Shown here: positions 1 to 9,515 of the stretch, piece after piece
Layout of the letters: each line of letters starts with the position of its first letter
How positions within the stretch are numbered: position 1 is the stretch's first letter
Source: Acidobacteriota bacterium
Lineage (GTDB): Bacteria > Acidobacteriota > Thermoanaerobaculia > Gp7-AA8
Assembly: GCA_019244185.1 (NCBI GenBank)
Contig: JAFATB010000020.1
Span: 1-64,000, forward strand
Length of the DNA: 64,000 bases
Direction of reading: 5' to 3'
The notes under the pieces: model-generated
Seen by the model: the letters and a program-made list of their open reading frames with translations, nothing else
Databases searched by the model: none
Told to the model about the DNA's origin: nothing
Program-made: the position numbers and the translations under genes

Positions 1-2721
1 GATCGCGTTGATCTCGCGCCCGATCTCCGGCCGGACGTCGATCGCCGGTTCCGGTGTCTCCAGAAGGTGCGCCGTGAGGACGCCCGTGAGTGACGACGCA
101 TCGAACGGCCGCTTGCCCGTCAGCATCTCGTACATCATCACGCCCATCGCGTAGATGTCGCTGCGCGCGTCGAGCGGCTTTCCCTGCACCTGCTCGGGGC
201 TCATGTAGTGCGGCGTCCCGACGATGAGTCCCGCCTGGGTCATCCCGTCGCCCGACTCCGCCATGCGCGCGATGCCGAAATCCATCAGCTTCACTTCGCC
301 CTTGTGGTCGATGAGCACGTTCTGCGGCTTGATGTCGCGGTGGATGATCCCCTGCTCGTGCGCGGCCTGCAGTCCGCGGCAGATCTGGCGCGCGATGCCG
401 ATCGCGGGACGCGCGGGCATGCGGCGGTGCTCCGCCTCGTCGAGCAGTTCCGCGAGCGTGTAGCCGCGCACGCATTCCATGCTGATGAAGTACACGCCTT
501 CGGCCTCGCCGTAGTCGTACGTGCGCAGCACGTTGCGGTGCGTGATCTTGCGCGCGAGACGGATCTCGCGTTTGAAGCGCTCGAGGTTTTCGGGCGACTT
601 GGTCATCACGTCGCCGGGCAGCGTCTTGATGGCCACGACTTCATCGAGTCGCGTGTCGACGGCTTTGTAGACGATGCCCATGCCGCCGCGGCCGAGGATC
701 TGCTCGATGCGGTAGCGGTTCGCGAAGAGATGGCCGAGGGAGAGATCGGAGGGAACGCCGATGGGAGCGGAGGCGGCGGCCGCGGTGGCGGCATCCATCT
801 TCATCGTGGCCATCGTCGCGGTATTGCCACTGATGGAGCGCATCATGCCGGTGGTCACGCTGAGCAGCGGGAGCGACGCGACGGGCAGCGCGTTCGGCAG
901 CCACTTGAGACGCACTTCCTCGCGCGACGACGATGAGAGCACTTCATCGCCGGCGCTCTGCGCGGTCTCATAGGAGATGTACGCGTAGCCGTTCGGCGCG
1001 TGCCACGCGAAGAGCAGCGCGAGCAGCGGCGCGTTGCCGACGATCGCGAGACCCGCGGGCGCTTCGGTTCCCGATGACAGTGCGACCGAGCCGGTGACGA
1101 AGTTGCCGGTGGCGATGCCGACACCGATGGAGATCGGCGTGCCGGAGGCACTGTGCGACGCGAGCTCCTCGTTGATCGCGCGCGCGGCGCGGATCGCGTG
1201 GATGATGCCGCGGTCGCCGCGGAAGACGCTGACGAGACGATGGCCGTCGAGCTCGCGCACCTCGCCGTCCTGCCGCGCGACTTCCGCCTGCTGCAGGCGC
1301 ATGGCGCGCTCGACGCCGGCGATGACGCTCGCGGCGTCGCCCTCACCTACCGTGACGGGGAGGCCGCGCAGATCGGTGACGAGCACCGTGCCTTCATCGA
1401 GTTGCGCCGGTTCGCTCGCGCGGATCGCCGGCGGTTCTTCCGTGCGATTGGCCATCTGCGCGTAGAGCTCCTCGAGCTCGGCTTTGTCGCGGAGGGAGTT
1501 CATCATCTTCGCGAATGAGCGGCCGAGGATGCCCACTTCGTCCTGGCGGTCGATGTCGGGATTCACGGCGTAGTCGCCCGCGGTCACGGCCTGCGCGATG
1601 CCGGCGAGCTGTTCGATCGGACGCGTCACGCGTTTCGCGATGAGCCACGACATCAGGAACGCGAGCAGCAGCGCGATGCCGCCGCCGATGAGCATGGCGT
1701 TCTCGATCTCGTGAAACGGCGCGAGCTCGCGGTCGAGGGAGCGGAGGAAGACCGCGGCGCCGACGAGATCGGAGCCGGAGAACAGCGGCTGGCCGGTCAT
1801 CACGTATTTGCTGCGGTCGATGGAAACGTTCGTCGCCGGCACGGCCTTCGACGTGGAGAAGATCTGCTGCGTGCCGTCCATCTGCTGCATGCCGACGCTC
1901 GGCGCGTTCGTCGAGCGCGCGGCGACCTGGTTCATCGCCTTCGACACGAAGACGACGCCGGCGTTCGTCGACTCGGCGATGCGATTCGCGAACGCGTCGT
2001 TGATGGCCACGGCGTTGATGAGATACGCGACACGCACGCGCGGCGTGCCCGCGCCGACCGGCGCGACGGCGGCGTGATAGAGCTTGCCGTCGATCGACAT
2101 GACGCCGGACGTCGCTTCGAGCGACGCGTCGTCGACGAGCTTCTTGACGAGCGACGACTTCGTGTAGAGATCGTCGCGCGTCGGCGTGGCGACCGCCGGC
2201 TGATCGGTGCGCGCGACGACGCGTCCCTGATCGTCGAGCAGCACGATGAGATCGCTGCCGAAGGCCTGCCGGCGCTGTTCGATCTGATCGATGATGCTGA
2301 CGAGATCGAGCTGCGGGGCGGCGGGTGGCGGGGCGGCGTTGGGTGTCGCATTCGGCGACGGCGCTGCGGCGGCGTCGGGAGACTCGCCGGCGAGCGCGCC
2401 TTGCATGTACGCGGCGAAGGCGGGGTCGGAGCCGAGGAGCGCGGTGGGGAGCTCGAGACGCGCGAGGCGCTGCTTCTCGAATTCGCGGAAGAGCTTCGCG
2501 GCGCTCGTGATCGACGCGTTGACCGTTTCGGACGCGACGCGATCGGCGCGCGTGATGGTGATGCCGATGGCGACGCCGACGACGATCACGATGAGCAGCG
2601 CGGTGAGGCCGAAGAGCTTCCACACCAGCGGCACGCGCGGCCGCTCGACGACGTACTCCTTCTTATGCGGCGCGTCGGATTCGCTGAGCGTCACGGCCGG
2701 ATCGAGCGTCTGCGCCGTCAT
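1..2721 (-). CDS. Membrane Ser/Thr kinase: TM, extracytoplasmic domain, TM, HAMP, degenerate class III cyclase-like domain, Hanks kinase (3' end runs off the window)
   Basis: Hand-translated from ATG 2721 (MTAQTLDPAV...KLFGLTALLIVIVVGVAIGIT). HAMP-like TRPIEQLAGIAQAV...DEVGILGRSFAKM; cyclase-like TVLVTDLRG...IGVGIATG; kinase LGRGGMGIVYKA, HRDIKPQN, DFGIAR, GTPHYMSPEQ. Not in the ORF track, apparently because it has no stop inside the window. Confidence 0.88.
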   Translation of the reverse strand, partial: MTAQTLDPAVTLSESDAPHKKEYVVERPRVPLVWKLFGLTALLIVIVVGVAIGITITRADRVASETVNASITSAAKLFREFEKQRLARLELPTALLGSDPAFAAYMQGALAGESPDAAAAPSPNATPNAAPPPAAPQLDLVSIIDQIEQRRQAFGSDLIVLLDDQGRVVARTDQPAVATPTRDDLYTKSSLVKKLVDDASLEATSGVMSIDGKLYHAAVAPVGAGTPRVRVAYLINAVAINDAFANRIAESTNAGVVFVSKAMNQVAARSTNAPSVGMQQMDGTQQIFSTSKAVPATNVSIDRSKYVMTGQPLFSGSDLVGAAVFLRSLDRELAPFHEIENAMLIGGGIALLLAFLMSWLIAKRVTRPIEQLAGIAQAVTAGDYAVNPDIDRQDEVGILGRSFAKMMNSLRDKAELEELYAQMANRTEEPPAIRASEPAQLDEGTVLVTDLRGLPVTVGEGDAASVIAGVERAMRLQQAEVARQDGEVRELDGHRLVSVFRGDRGIIHAIRAARAINEELASHSASGTPISIGVGIATGNFVTGSVALSSGTEAPAGLAIVGNAPLLALLFAWHAPNGYAYISYETAQSAGDEVLSSSSREEVRLKWLPNALPVASLPLLSVTTGMMRSISGNTATMATMKMDAATAAAASAPIGVPSDLSLGHLFANRYRIEQILGRGGMGIVYKAVDTRLDEVVAIKTLPGDVMTKSPENLERFKREIRLARKITHRNVLRTYDYGEAEGVYFISMECVRGYTLAELLDEAEHRRMPARPAIGIARQICRGLQAAHEQGIIHRDIKPQNVLIDHKGEVKLMDFGIARMAESGDGMTQAGLIVGTPHYMSPEQVQGKPLDARSDIYAMGVMMYEMLTGKRPFDASSLTGVLTAHLLETPEPAIDVRPEIGREINAI

Positions 2722-2724
2722 CGA

Positions 2725-3405
2725 TCAGTACTCCCGCGTGGCGCGGTAGGGTTGTCCGTATTTGTTCGTGTGATCGTTGGCGAGACGGAAGTTGCGGCCG
2801 TCGATCGTGAGGAGCGTCGCGCCCTGCACCTTGCCGTCCGCGCCGACGACGAGGTCGGAGGTCGCGGTGCCGCCCTGCTCGTTCCACGCGGTGACGCGGT
2901 AGCGGCCCGCGGGGACGTCGAACGAGTAGTTTCCCTGCGCGTCGGCGAAGCCGTAGTAGGGCGTGCCCATCACGTGCACGACCGCGGACATGTTCGGGTG
3001 GACGTTGCAGTAGACGCTGACGGTGCCGGGCGCATCGAACGTGTGCGGCTTGCCGGGGCCTTTGCGATAGAGGCCGAGGTCGAAGGTGTTGCCGGGCGTG
3101 AGCGAGAAGAGGTTGTGCGCGATCGGATCTTCGTTCGGGAAAGTGACCGTCGAGCCGGCGGGTACGGCCATCACGTGCGGCAGGAAGGTCTTGTTGCGCG
3201 TGGTCATGGTGAACGTCGACGGCGGCCGCTTCCAGGTTTTCGCGCCGACGGGATCGAGCCAGACGAGCGTTTCGTTCGCGACCGGGTTCTGGCCGCGCTT
3301 GGTGAGGAACATGACTTTGCCGGTCACCACGGCAGCGCTGAGACTGGCGGAGAACAGCGCACAGACGGACGCGGACAGTAGCGCGGCGAGCGCGATTCGT
3401 TTCAT
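2725..3405 (-). CDS. Secreted cupredoxin-like + carboxypeptidase-regulatory-like domain protein
   Basis: Signal peptide MKRIALAALLSASVCALFSASLSA; TVTFPNEDPIAHNLFS and VYCNVHPNMSA motifs; C-terminal GNYSFDVPAGRYRVTAW beta-sandwich. Confidence 0.75.
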   Translation of the reverse strand: MKRIALAALLSASVCALFSASLSAAVVTGKVMFLTKRGQNPVANETLVWLDPVGAKTWKRPPSTFTMTTRNKTFLPHVMAVPAGSTVTFPNEDPIAHNLFSLTPGNTFDLGLYRKGPGKPHTFDAPGTVSVYCNVHPNMSAVVHVMGTPYYGFADAQGNYSFDVPAGRYRVTAWNEQGGTATSDLVVGADGKVQGATLLTIDGRNFRLANDHTNKYGQPYRATREY

Positions 3406-3644
3406 CGGGTTGGCTCCGGGGGTCTGGAAGTGTAGCACACGATTTTGTGCGGTCGGCACGCCGATTGAAGTAGGAAAGACGTGAGAATTTTTCATTGCGA
3501 TTTCGAGCGAAAATCGTATTCTATTAACCATGCAGCACACGAACGCGGGCGGGCTCGGGCGCAATAAACGCCAGCCACGCGTGTTTCCATAAGTACTACG
3601 ATTCAGTGCGGCGATCGGCCGCATGATCATTGAACGAGTTCTAC

Positions 3645-3890
3645 AGTTCCCGCTCCTCCCCTCCACCGCGGGGTGTGCGAGCGGTCGATCCGGTCCGCAG
3701 CGCCGGCGAGGTGGGTCATGGCACGTGACGTGACGCCTGCTGCGGGGCCGCCGGAAATTCATGGGGAGGAGGTAACAAATTTCGCATGGATTGTTCTAAT
3801 AAACCTGAGGGGGTTACGTCGTAGCTGACACTACGGTGTAACGTCCCACCCCGGAAGGGCGCCCGTAAGACGGCGCCCTTTTTCTTTTTC
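3645..3890 (+). ncRNA. Candidate structured small RNA (or short leader-peptide transcript)
   Basis: CTCCTCCCC (3653-3661) is complementary to GGGGAGGAG (3763-3771); 12-bp stem 3813-3842 with two G-U pairs valid only on the + strand; ends in a + strand intrinsic terminator although both flanking genes are on the - strand. Confidence 0.4.
3855..3889 (+). terminator. Rho-independent terminator
   Basis: AAGGGCGCC-loop-GGCGCCCTT followed by TTTCTTTTT on the + strand. Confidence 0.75.
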
Positions 3891-3899
3891 CCCAGCTTT

Positions 3900-5078
3900 T
3901 CAGCGCTTCGCGGCGTCGACCGTTTTCGCGACGATCGCGGCGAACGTCGCGCCGCACGTCCGCATCGCCTCCGCCACCCACGCCCGCGCCGCCGCTTCGT
4001 CCTCCGCATGGGGGCCGGGCGCACGCTCGCGCAGCGTCGCCTCCAGCGCATCCGCCCATCCGGCCGGATCGTCCATCCCCGCAAAGCGTGCGGGACGCCC
4101 CGCGAGCTGCTCGCGATGCACCGGGAACTCGCTGGCGATGACGAACTTGCCGAGGGACTTCGCGTCTTCGATGACGGTCGACCATCCCTCGAAGCGAGAC
4201 GGCTGCAGCGCGGCGACCGCGCGCCGCGTCACCGCGAGCTGTTCGTCGCGCGGCAGGAGGCCGAGAAAGCGGATCTGCGCGTCGAGGCCGAGCTCGCGAA
4301 CGCGCTCGCGGACACGGTCGATGTAGCGCGCGCCGCGGAAGTCGTAGTCGCTCCCCGTGCACGCGACGACCGCGCGCACGCCGCGGTCGCGCAGGATGGC
4401 CACGGCCTCGACGACGAGCAGATGGTTCTTGTGCTCGGTGAACTGATTGGAGACGACGAAGAACGGGCCGTCGAGACCGATTGCTTGCGTATAGGTCGCG
4501 GGATCGAGGCGCCACCAGTCGTCGTCCGGCACGCTGCAGAACCGAAGCACGTCGGCGCGCGTTGCGTGCGCCGGATAGAAGCGCGCGAGGTCTTCGAGAC
4601 CGAACTGGCTGCTGACGACGATGCGCGCCGCGCCGTCGAGATACTTCGTGTAGAGCGCGACGATCTTCGCGTAGTGCTCCGGCTGGTAGAGCGCGCGCAG
4701 ATGCTCGTGCTGCAGATCGGGCAACCAGAAGAGCGACGGCACGCCCTGCGCCTCGATGAGCGGCAGCGGAAACGTGACGTCGATGCCGCCGAAGAGATCG
4801 CGCGCGTCGGCGATGCCGCGGATCGAGCGGCGAAGTTTGCGCGCCGCACGCGCGAGGCGGCCGCTCGGAAACTGCAGCACGCGCTGGTGGTCGATGAGCG
4901 GCCGCACGCGAGCGAACGGATCGCGCTCCGCCGCGTGCAGCCAATAGAGATCGGTGAACGCGACGCGCTGGTCGGGCAGCAGCGATGCGTTGCAGCGGAT
5001 GAGGTGCTGCAGGTAGTACTGGCCGCCCGGCCAGTAGCCGCCGCTGGCGTCGAGCGGCACGATTCCGACGTCATGCAT
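3900..5078 (-). CDS. Glycosyltransferase family 4 (GT-B)
   Basis: WPGGQYY, PDLQHEHL, HKNHLLVVEAV and PSRFEGWSTVIEDAKSLGK (EX7E-like) motifs. Confidence 0.88.
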   Translation of the reverse strand: MHDVGIVPLDASGGYWPGGQYYLQHLIRCNASLLPDQRVAFTDLYWLHAAERDPFARVRPLIDHQRVLQFPSGRLARAARKLRRSIRGIADARDLFGGIDVTFPLPLIEAQGVPSLFWLPDLQHEHLRALYQPEHYAKIVALYTKYLDGAARIVVSSQFGLEDLARFYPAHATRADVLRFCSVPDDDWWRLDPATYTQAIGLDGPFFVVSNQFTEHKNHLLVVEAVAILRDRGVRAVVACTGSDYDFRGARYIDRVRERVRELGLDAQIRFLGLLPRDEQLAVTRRAVAALQPSRFEGWSTVIEDAKSLGKFVIASEFPVHREQLAGRPARFAGMDDPAGWADALEATLRERAPGPHAEDEAAARAWVAEAMRTCGATFAAIVAKTVDAAKR

Positions 5079-5985
5079 GGCGCCGGATCCAGTCGACCGT
5101 GCGCTGCAGTCCGTCGTCGAACGACCAGTGCGGCGTCCAGCCGAGCGAGGCGAGTCGCGAGACGTCGGCGATCCAGCGACCGGGCGTTCCCGCCGCGAGT
5201 GCGCCGGTGAAGTGCGGCTCGCCCTCCAAGCCCGCGAGGCGCTGCACGGCGGCGGCGAGCTGCGCGATCGTCGTGCCGGTGCCCGACGCGATGTTGATCG
5301 CCTCGCCGTCGAATGCCGCGCGGTCGACGATCATCTCGAGCGCCGACGCGACGTCGGCCGCGTAGAGATAGTCGCGCATCTCCTCGCCCGTGCCGAGAAC
5401 CGTGCGATCGCCCGCGAACGCGCGCCGCGTGAGATCCCACACCGCCAGGCGGCGAAGACCTTCGCCGAACGTCGAGAAGACGCGCGCTTTCACGACGCGC
5501 GTCGCGTACAGCGCGCGGTATTCGTCGCACAGCAGCTCCTGCTGCAGCTTGTGAAAGCCGTACGGCGAGATCGGCGCCAGCGGCGCGTCCTCCGCGACCG
5601 GCAGCGTGCGCGGATTGCCGTAGACCGCGGCGGACGAGAGCAGCACCAGCGACGTGCCGTTTCCCGCGAGGCGGATGGCCTCGAGGAGACGCGCGGCCGG
5701 CAGCACCTGCGCCTGAAAATCATCGAGCGGCCGGCGCATCGATTCCGGGACGCTCGACGGCGCGGCGAGGTGAATCGCCGCATGTGGCGTATAGCGTTCG
5801 AGCAGCGACAGCGTGCGCGTGACGTCGGAGAGATCGTCGAGCTGAAACGCGTCGTATGCCTCCGCGGCGCGATCGCGGTCGGAGCGTCCCAGTCCGACGA
5901 GACGCCAGCCGCTCGCGCGGAACCGCGCGGCGATGTGGCGCGCGAGGAAGCCGCCCGCGCCGGTGATGAGCAGCGTGCGCGTCAT
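5071..5985 (-). CDS. NAD-dependent epimerase/dehydratase (extended SDR)
   Basis: [15 protein letters not shown] Rossmann motif, [17 protein letters not shown] (YxxxK). ATG at 5985 overlaps the upstream stop. Confidence 0.9.
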   Translation of the reverse strand: MTRTLLITGAGGFLARHIAARFRASGWRLVGLGRSDRDRAAEAYDAFQLDDLSDVTRTLSLLERYTPHAAIHLAAPSSVPESMRRPLDDFQAQVLPAARLLEAIRLAGNGTSLVLLSSAAVYGNPRTLPVAEDAPLAPISPYGFHKLQQELLCDEYRALYATRVVKARVFSTFGEGLRRLAVWDLTRRAFAGDRTVLGTGEEMRDYLYAADVASALEMIVDRAAFDGEAINIASGTGTTIAQLAAAVQRLAGLEGEPHFTGALAAGTPGRWIADVSRLASLGWTPHWSFDDGLQRTVDWIRRHA

Positions 5986-6614
5986 GGCTCCAGCCGCCGC
6001 ACGACGCGCGCCGGATTGCCGGCGACGAGCGTGAACGGCGCCACGTCCCTCGTGACGACGGAATTCGCGGCGACCACCGCCCCCTTGCCGATCGTCACGC
6101 CCTTGAGGATGGTGCTCTTCGCGCCGATCCAGACGTCGTCCTCGATGACGATCGGCGCGGCCGGAACGTGCTCGAAGTTCAGCGGCAGCTCGCGCTCGAA
6201 GACGTTCCGCGCGTCGGCGCGGCGATGGCGATGATCGAGGGAGTGCGAGTTGTTGTCGAGGATGTCGACGAGGTGCGCGATGAGCACGTAGTTCCCGATC
6301 GTCACTTCGCGGCTCGCCCACACGCGCGACTCTTTCCCGAAGCTGCAGAAGTCGCCCATGCGAAACCGCGCGTCGGGCGCGACCAGGCTGATCTCGCCCA
6401 TCACGTAGCAATGTTCGCCGATGGTCAGCCGCGCGGGATCGGAGGCATTGACGAGGCGCGCGGTCGGAAAGAGCCGCGTCGTGCTGCCGACGTTCGCGAA
6501 CCGGCGCAGTTCCGCGTCGAAGCCGGTCGACGGCGAGGCGCGGTCGAGATGCTCGAGACGCGCGCGCATCTTCAGCAACAGCGGATCGAGCAGACGCCAC
6601 AGCAAGCGCTTCAC
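5982..6614 (-). CDS. Hexapeptide-repeat (LbH) O-acyltransferase, copy 1
   Basis: [37 protein letters not shown]...VAGNPAR; GTG start coupled to the wzt stop. Confidence 0.88.
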   Translation of the reverse strand: MKRLLWRLLDPLLLKMRARLEHLDRASPSTGFDAELRRFANVGSTTRLFPTARLVNASDPARLTIGEHCYVMGEISLVAPDARFRMGDFCSFGKESRVWASREVTIGNYVLIAHLVDILDNNSHSLDHRHRRADARNVFERELPLNFEHVPAAPIVIEDDVWIGAKSTILKGVTIGKGAVVAANSVVTRDVAPFTLVAGNPARVVRRLEP

Positions 6615-7858
6615 GGGCGGCCGTCCTGCGTCCACGCGAGCAGCGGAGCGACCACGCCGTCGCGGCCGTCGCGCGCGACGAGACTCCCCTGCTCGCTGAT
6701 GGTGATGCGGATGACGCTCTCGTGCAGGCGGTTGCCGGCGCGCAGCGGCTCGGACAGCGTGAGGTAGTAGCGGCCCGGCGCGAGGAGGTGCGCGGGCACG
6801 ACGCAGCGCAGGCGCTGGCGGCCGAGCGTCCACGGCGCGTTCGACGTCGCGCCGCGATCGGTGTCGGACGTCGTCAGCACGGCGCGGCCGTCTTCGCCGT
6901 CGATGCGGAACGAGAGGCGTCCCGGCGGAATCTGCTCGCGCACCGTGAAGTCGAACACGAGCTCGAAGCCGAGGTCCGCGGGAAAGGCATCGTCGCCATC
7001 GAGACCATCGGCGCGCCGCGCCGAGACGGAGTGGTAGATGAACGCGGGATTCGTGTCGTCGTCCGGAGACCACGTCGTCGCGTTCGCGGTCCCTTCGCTG
7101 AGGTAGCGCCGCACGACGGAGACGGTTGGTCCCTGATCCTTGATCTCGCCGCGCGCGAGCCAGACCGCGGTGTCGCAGAGCCGCGAGATCGTGTCCATGT
7201 TGTGGCTGACGATGACGACCGTGCGGCCGCTGCCGGTCATGCTCGCGACCTTGCCGAGACACTTGTTCTGAAACGCGGCGTCGCCGACAGAGAGCACTTC
7301 GTCGATCAGCAGGATCTCCGGATCGACGTGCGCGGCGATCGCGAAGGCGAGCCGCACGAACATGCCGGAGGAGTAGCGCTTCACCGGCGTGTCGATCAAC
7401 TCGCCGATGTCGGCGAAGTCGACGATCGCGTCGTAGTTGCGGCGGATCTGCTCCCGCGACATGCCGAGGATCGAGCCGTTGAGGAAGACGTTCTCGCGGC
7501 CGGTGAGCTCCATGTGAAAGCCGGTGCCGACTTCCAGCAGGCTGGCCACGCGTCCGTACAGCCGCGCCTCACCTTCGGTCGGCTCGGTGATGCGGCTGAG
7601 GATCTTGAGCAGTGTGCTCTTGCCCGCGCCGTTGCGTCCGATGAGACCGACGACGGAGCCGTGGCGGATGTCCAGCGAGACGTCGCGCAGCGCCCAGATG
7701 GAGCGCGCCGGGGCGCTGCGGCGGAAGAGCTCGCGCGGGTTGGCCAGTTTGTCGCGGACCGCCGAAGGCCGGAACTGCTCGCCGATTCGATACCGTTTAC
7801 CGAGACCTCGGATTGCGATCGCGGCAGACGACGTCGGAGTCGAAACGCTGACCGTCAT
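6611..7858 (-). CDS. wzt: Polysaccharide ABC exporter ATP-binding protein with C-terminal domain (Wzt/RfbB), copy 1
   Basis: GRNGAGKST Walker [12 protein letters not shown] signature, [15 protein letters not shown]; ~170-aa C-terminal Wzt_C-like extension. Confidence 0.9.
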   Translation of the reverse strand: MTVSVSTPTSSAAIAIRGLGKRYRIGEQFRPSAVRDKLANPRELFRRSAPARSIWALRDVSLDIRHGSVVGLIGRNGAGKSTLLKILSRITEPTEGEARLYGRVASLLEVGTGFHMELTGRENVFLNGSILGMSREQIRRNYDAIVDFADIGELIDTPVKRYSSGMFVRLAFAIAAHVDPEILLIDEVLSVGDAAFQNKCLGKVASMTGSGRTVVIVSHNMDTISRLCDTAVWLARGEIKDQGPTVSVVRRYLSEGTANATTWSPDDDTNPAFIYHSVSARRADGLDGDDAFPADLGFELVFDFTVREQIPPGRLSFRIDGEDGRAVLTTSDTDRGATSNAPWTLGRQRLRCVVPAHLLAPGRYYLTLSEPLRAGNRLHESVIRITISEQGSLVARDGRDGVVAPLLAWTQDGRP

Positions 7859-7864
7859 GGCTCG

Positions 7865-8728
7865 TCAGAGAAGGTCGGCGAACAGCCGTTCCATCCGGCG
7901 ATAGTAGTAAATGCCGGTGATGAGCACGAGCGGCGACACGATCGCCGCGGAGAGCAGCGCTTCCATCGCCACGGGCGTGCCGAACAGCGTCGCGCGTCCC
8001 GCCTCGATGATCCCGGTCATCGGATTCAGGAGCACGAGAAAGCGGTATTTCGCGGGGATGACGTCGACGGAGTACGCGACCGGCGTGGCGAACATGCCTA
8101 GCTGCAGGACGAACGGAATGAGCACGCGCACGTCGCGATACTCGACGTTCAACGCCGCACACCACAAGCCGACGCCCGTCGCGAGCACCGCGCCCGCGAG
8201 CACGACCACCGGAAAGAGCACGATCTCCGGCCCCGGCAGCACGCGATACCAGATCATCAACGCCGCAAGCAGAACGGCCGAGACGCTGAGGTCGACGAGG
8301 TCGACGATCGTCGCCGCGAGCGGAATGGCGAGGCGCGGGAAATAGACCTTCGAGATGAGGTACGACGCGCCGATGAGGCTGTTCCCCGCGTGCGCAACCG
8401 ACGCGGAGAAGAAGTTCCACAGCAGCAGTCCGGAGAGCACGAAGACGCTGTAGGGCACGTTGCCCGACGCGCGCAAATGCGCGACGCGGTTGAAGATCAA
8501 CGTGAAGATCGCCATCGTGATCAGCGGCTGGCCCATGACCCAGACCGCGCCGAGGAAGGTCTGGCGATAGCGGACCTTGAGATCGCGCCAGGCGAAGATC
8601 CACAGCAGCTCGCGGTAGGCCCAGAGCTCGCGGAGGCCGAGGGCGCGCCAGCCGCGCGACGGCCGGATGACGAGTACCGGCATCGGCTCCGCGGCCACTG
8701 ATCCGTTCGACTCCGTCACGGGCCGCAT
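7865..8728 (-). CDS. wzm: Polysaccharide ABC exporter permease (Wzm/RfbA)
   Basis: RDLKVRYRQTFLGAVW, LISKVYFPR, YRDV and LNPMTGIIE motifs; multiple hydrophobic helices. Start may be 8752. Confidence 0.92.
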   Translation of the reverse strand: MRPVTESNGSVAAEPMPVLVIRPSRGWRALGLRELWAYRELLWIFAWRDLKVRYRQTFLGAVWVMGQPLITMAIFTLIFNRVAHLRASGNVPYSVFVLSGLLLWNFFSASVAHAGNSLIGASYLISKVYFPRLAIPLAATIVDLVDLSVSAVLLAALMIWYRVLPGPEIVLFPVVVLAGAVLATGVGLWCAALNVEYRDVRVLIPFVLQLGMFATPVAYSVDVIPAKYRFLVLLNPMTGIIEAGRATLFGTPVAMEALLSAAIVSPLVLITGIYYYRRMERLFADLL

Positions 8729-8773
8729 CGTACACGAGCGTTTCGCGTTCACGGCGGAGTTATCATCGCAGCG

Positions 8774-8859
8774 GCCCCGGTGGCGGAACCGGTAGACGCT
8801 GCGGACTTAAAATCCGCTGCCGCGTGAGCGGCGTGCCGGTTCGAGTCCGGCCCGGGGCA
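8774..8859 (+). tRNA. tRNA-Leu (anticodon TAA)
   Basis: Acceptor GCCCCGG/CCGGGGC-A, D-arm TGGCGGAACCGGTAGACGC, anticodon arm GCGGA-CTTAAAA-TCCGC, long variable arm, T-arm GCCGG-TTCGAGT-CCGGC. CCA not encoded. Confidence 0.95.
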
Positions 8860-8879
8860 TGGCGCGTCGGGCTGCGCGC

Positions 8880-9515
8880 TCACGGCTCCAGCTGCCGCAC
8901 GACGCGCATCGGATTGCCCGCGACGAGCGTGAAGGCCTCGACGTCTTTCGTGACCATCGTGCCCGCGGAGACGATCGCGCCGCGCCCGATGTGCACGCCT
9001 TTGAGGATCGTCGACTTCGCGCCGATCCAGACGTCGTCTTCGATGACGATGCGCCGCATCGAAACGTGCGTGAAATCGATCTCGACGCGCCGCTCGAAGA
9101 GATCGCGCGCTTCCTCGCGCCGCTGATCCGCGCGCAGCGAGTGCGAGTCGTGATCGAGGATGTCGACGCCATGCGCGATGAGCACGTAATCGCCGATGGT
9201 GATTCCGTCGGCGGCCCAGATGCGCGTCTGCGGCCCGATGTAGCAGTCGCGTCCGATGCGGATCGACGCGTCCGGCGTCAGCACGCGCACTTCACCACGC
9301 ACGTTCGTGTAGTCACCGATCGCGAGCCGGTCGCGCGCGGCGAGGTTCGACAGACTCCCCTCCGGCAGAAGCCGCACCGTCGGCGCGATCGCACCGGCCT
9401 GACGCAGCGCGTCCTCGCGCCGCGTGCTCGGCCGCACGTCGTCGAGATGCTCGAGGCGGCTCCGCAAGCGCAACAGCAGCGGATCCGCGATCTTCCAGAA
9501 CCACTCCCCGATCAC
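8880..9515 (-). CDS. Hexapeptide-repeat (LbH) O-acyltransferase, copy 2
   Basis: [37 protein letters not shown]...VAGNP; clear paralog of 5982-6614 (shared DPLLL..R.RLEHLD N-terminus). Confidence 0.88.
   Translation of the reverse strand: MIGEWFWKIADPLLLRLRSRLEHLDDVRPSTRREDALRQAGAIAPTVRLLPEGSLSNLAARDRLAIGDYTNVRGEVRVLTPDASIRIGRDCYIGPQTRIWAADGITIGDYVLIAHGVDILDHDSHSLRADQRREEARDLFERRVEIDFTHVSMRRIVIEDDVWIGAKSTILKGVHIGRGAIVSAGTMVTKDVEAFTLVAGNPMRVVRQLEP

Noticed and set aside
8774-8859. Integrative element at tRNA-Leu
   Set aside because: No integrase gene, and no duplicated tRNA 3' end noticed by eye in this window.
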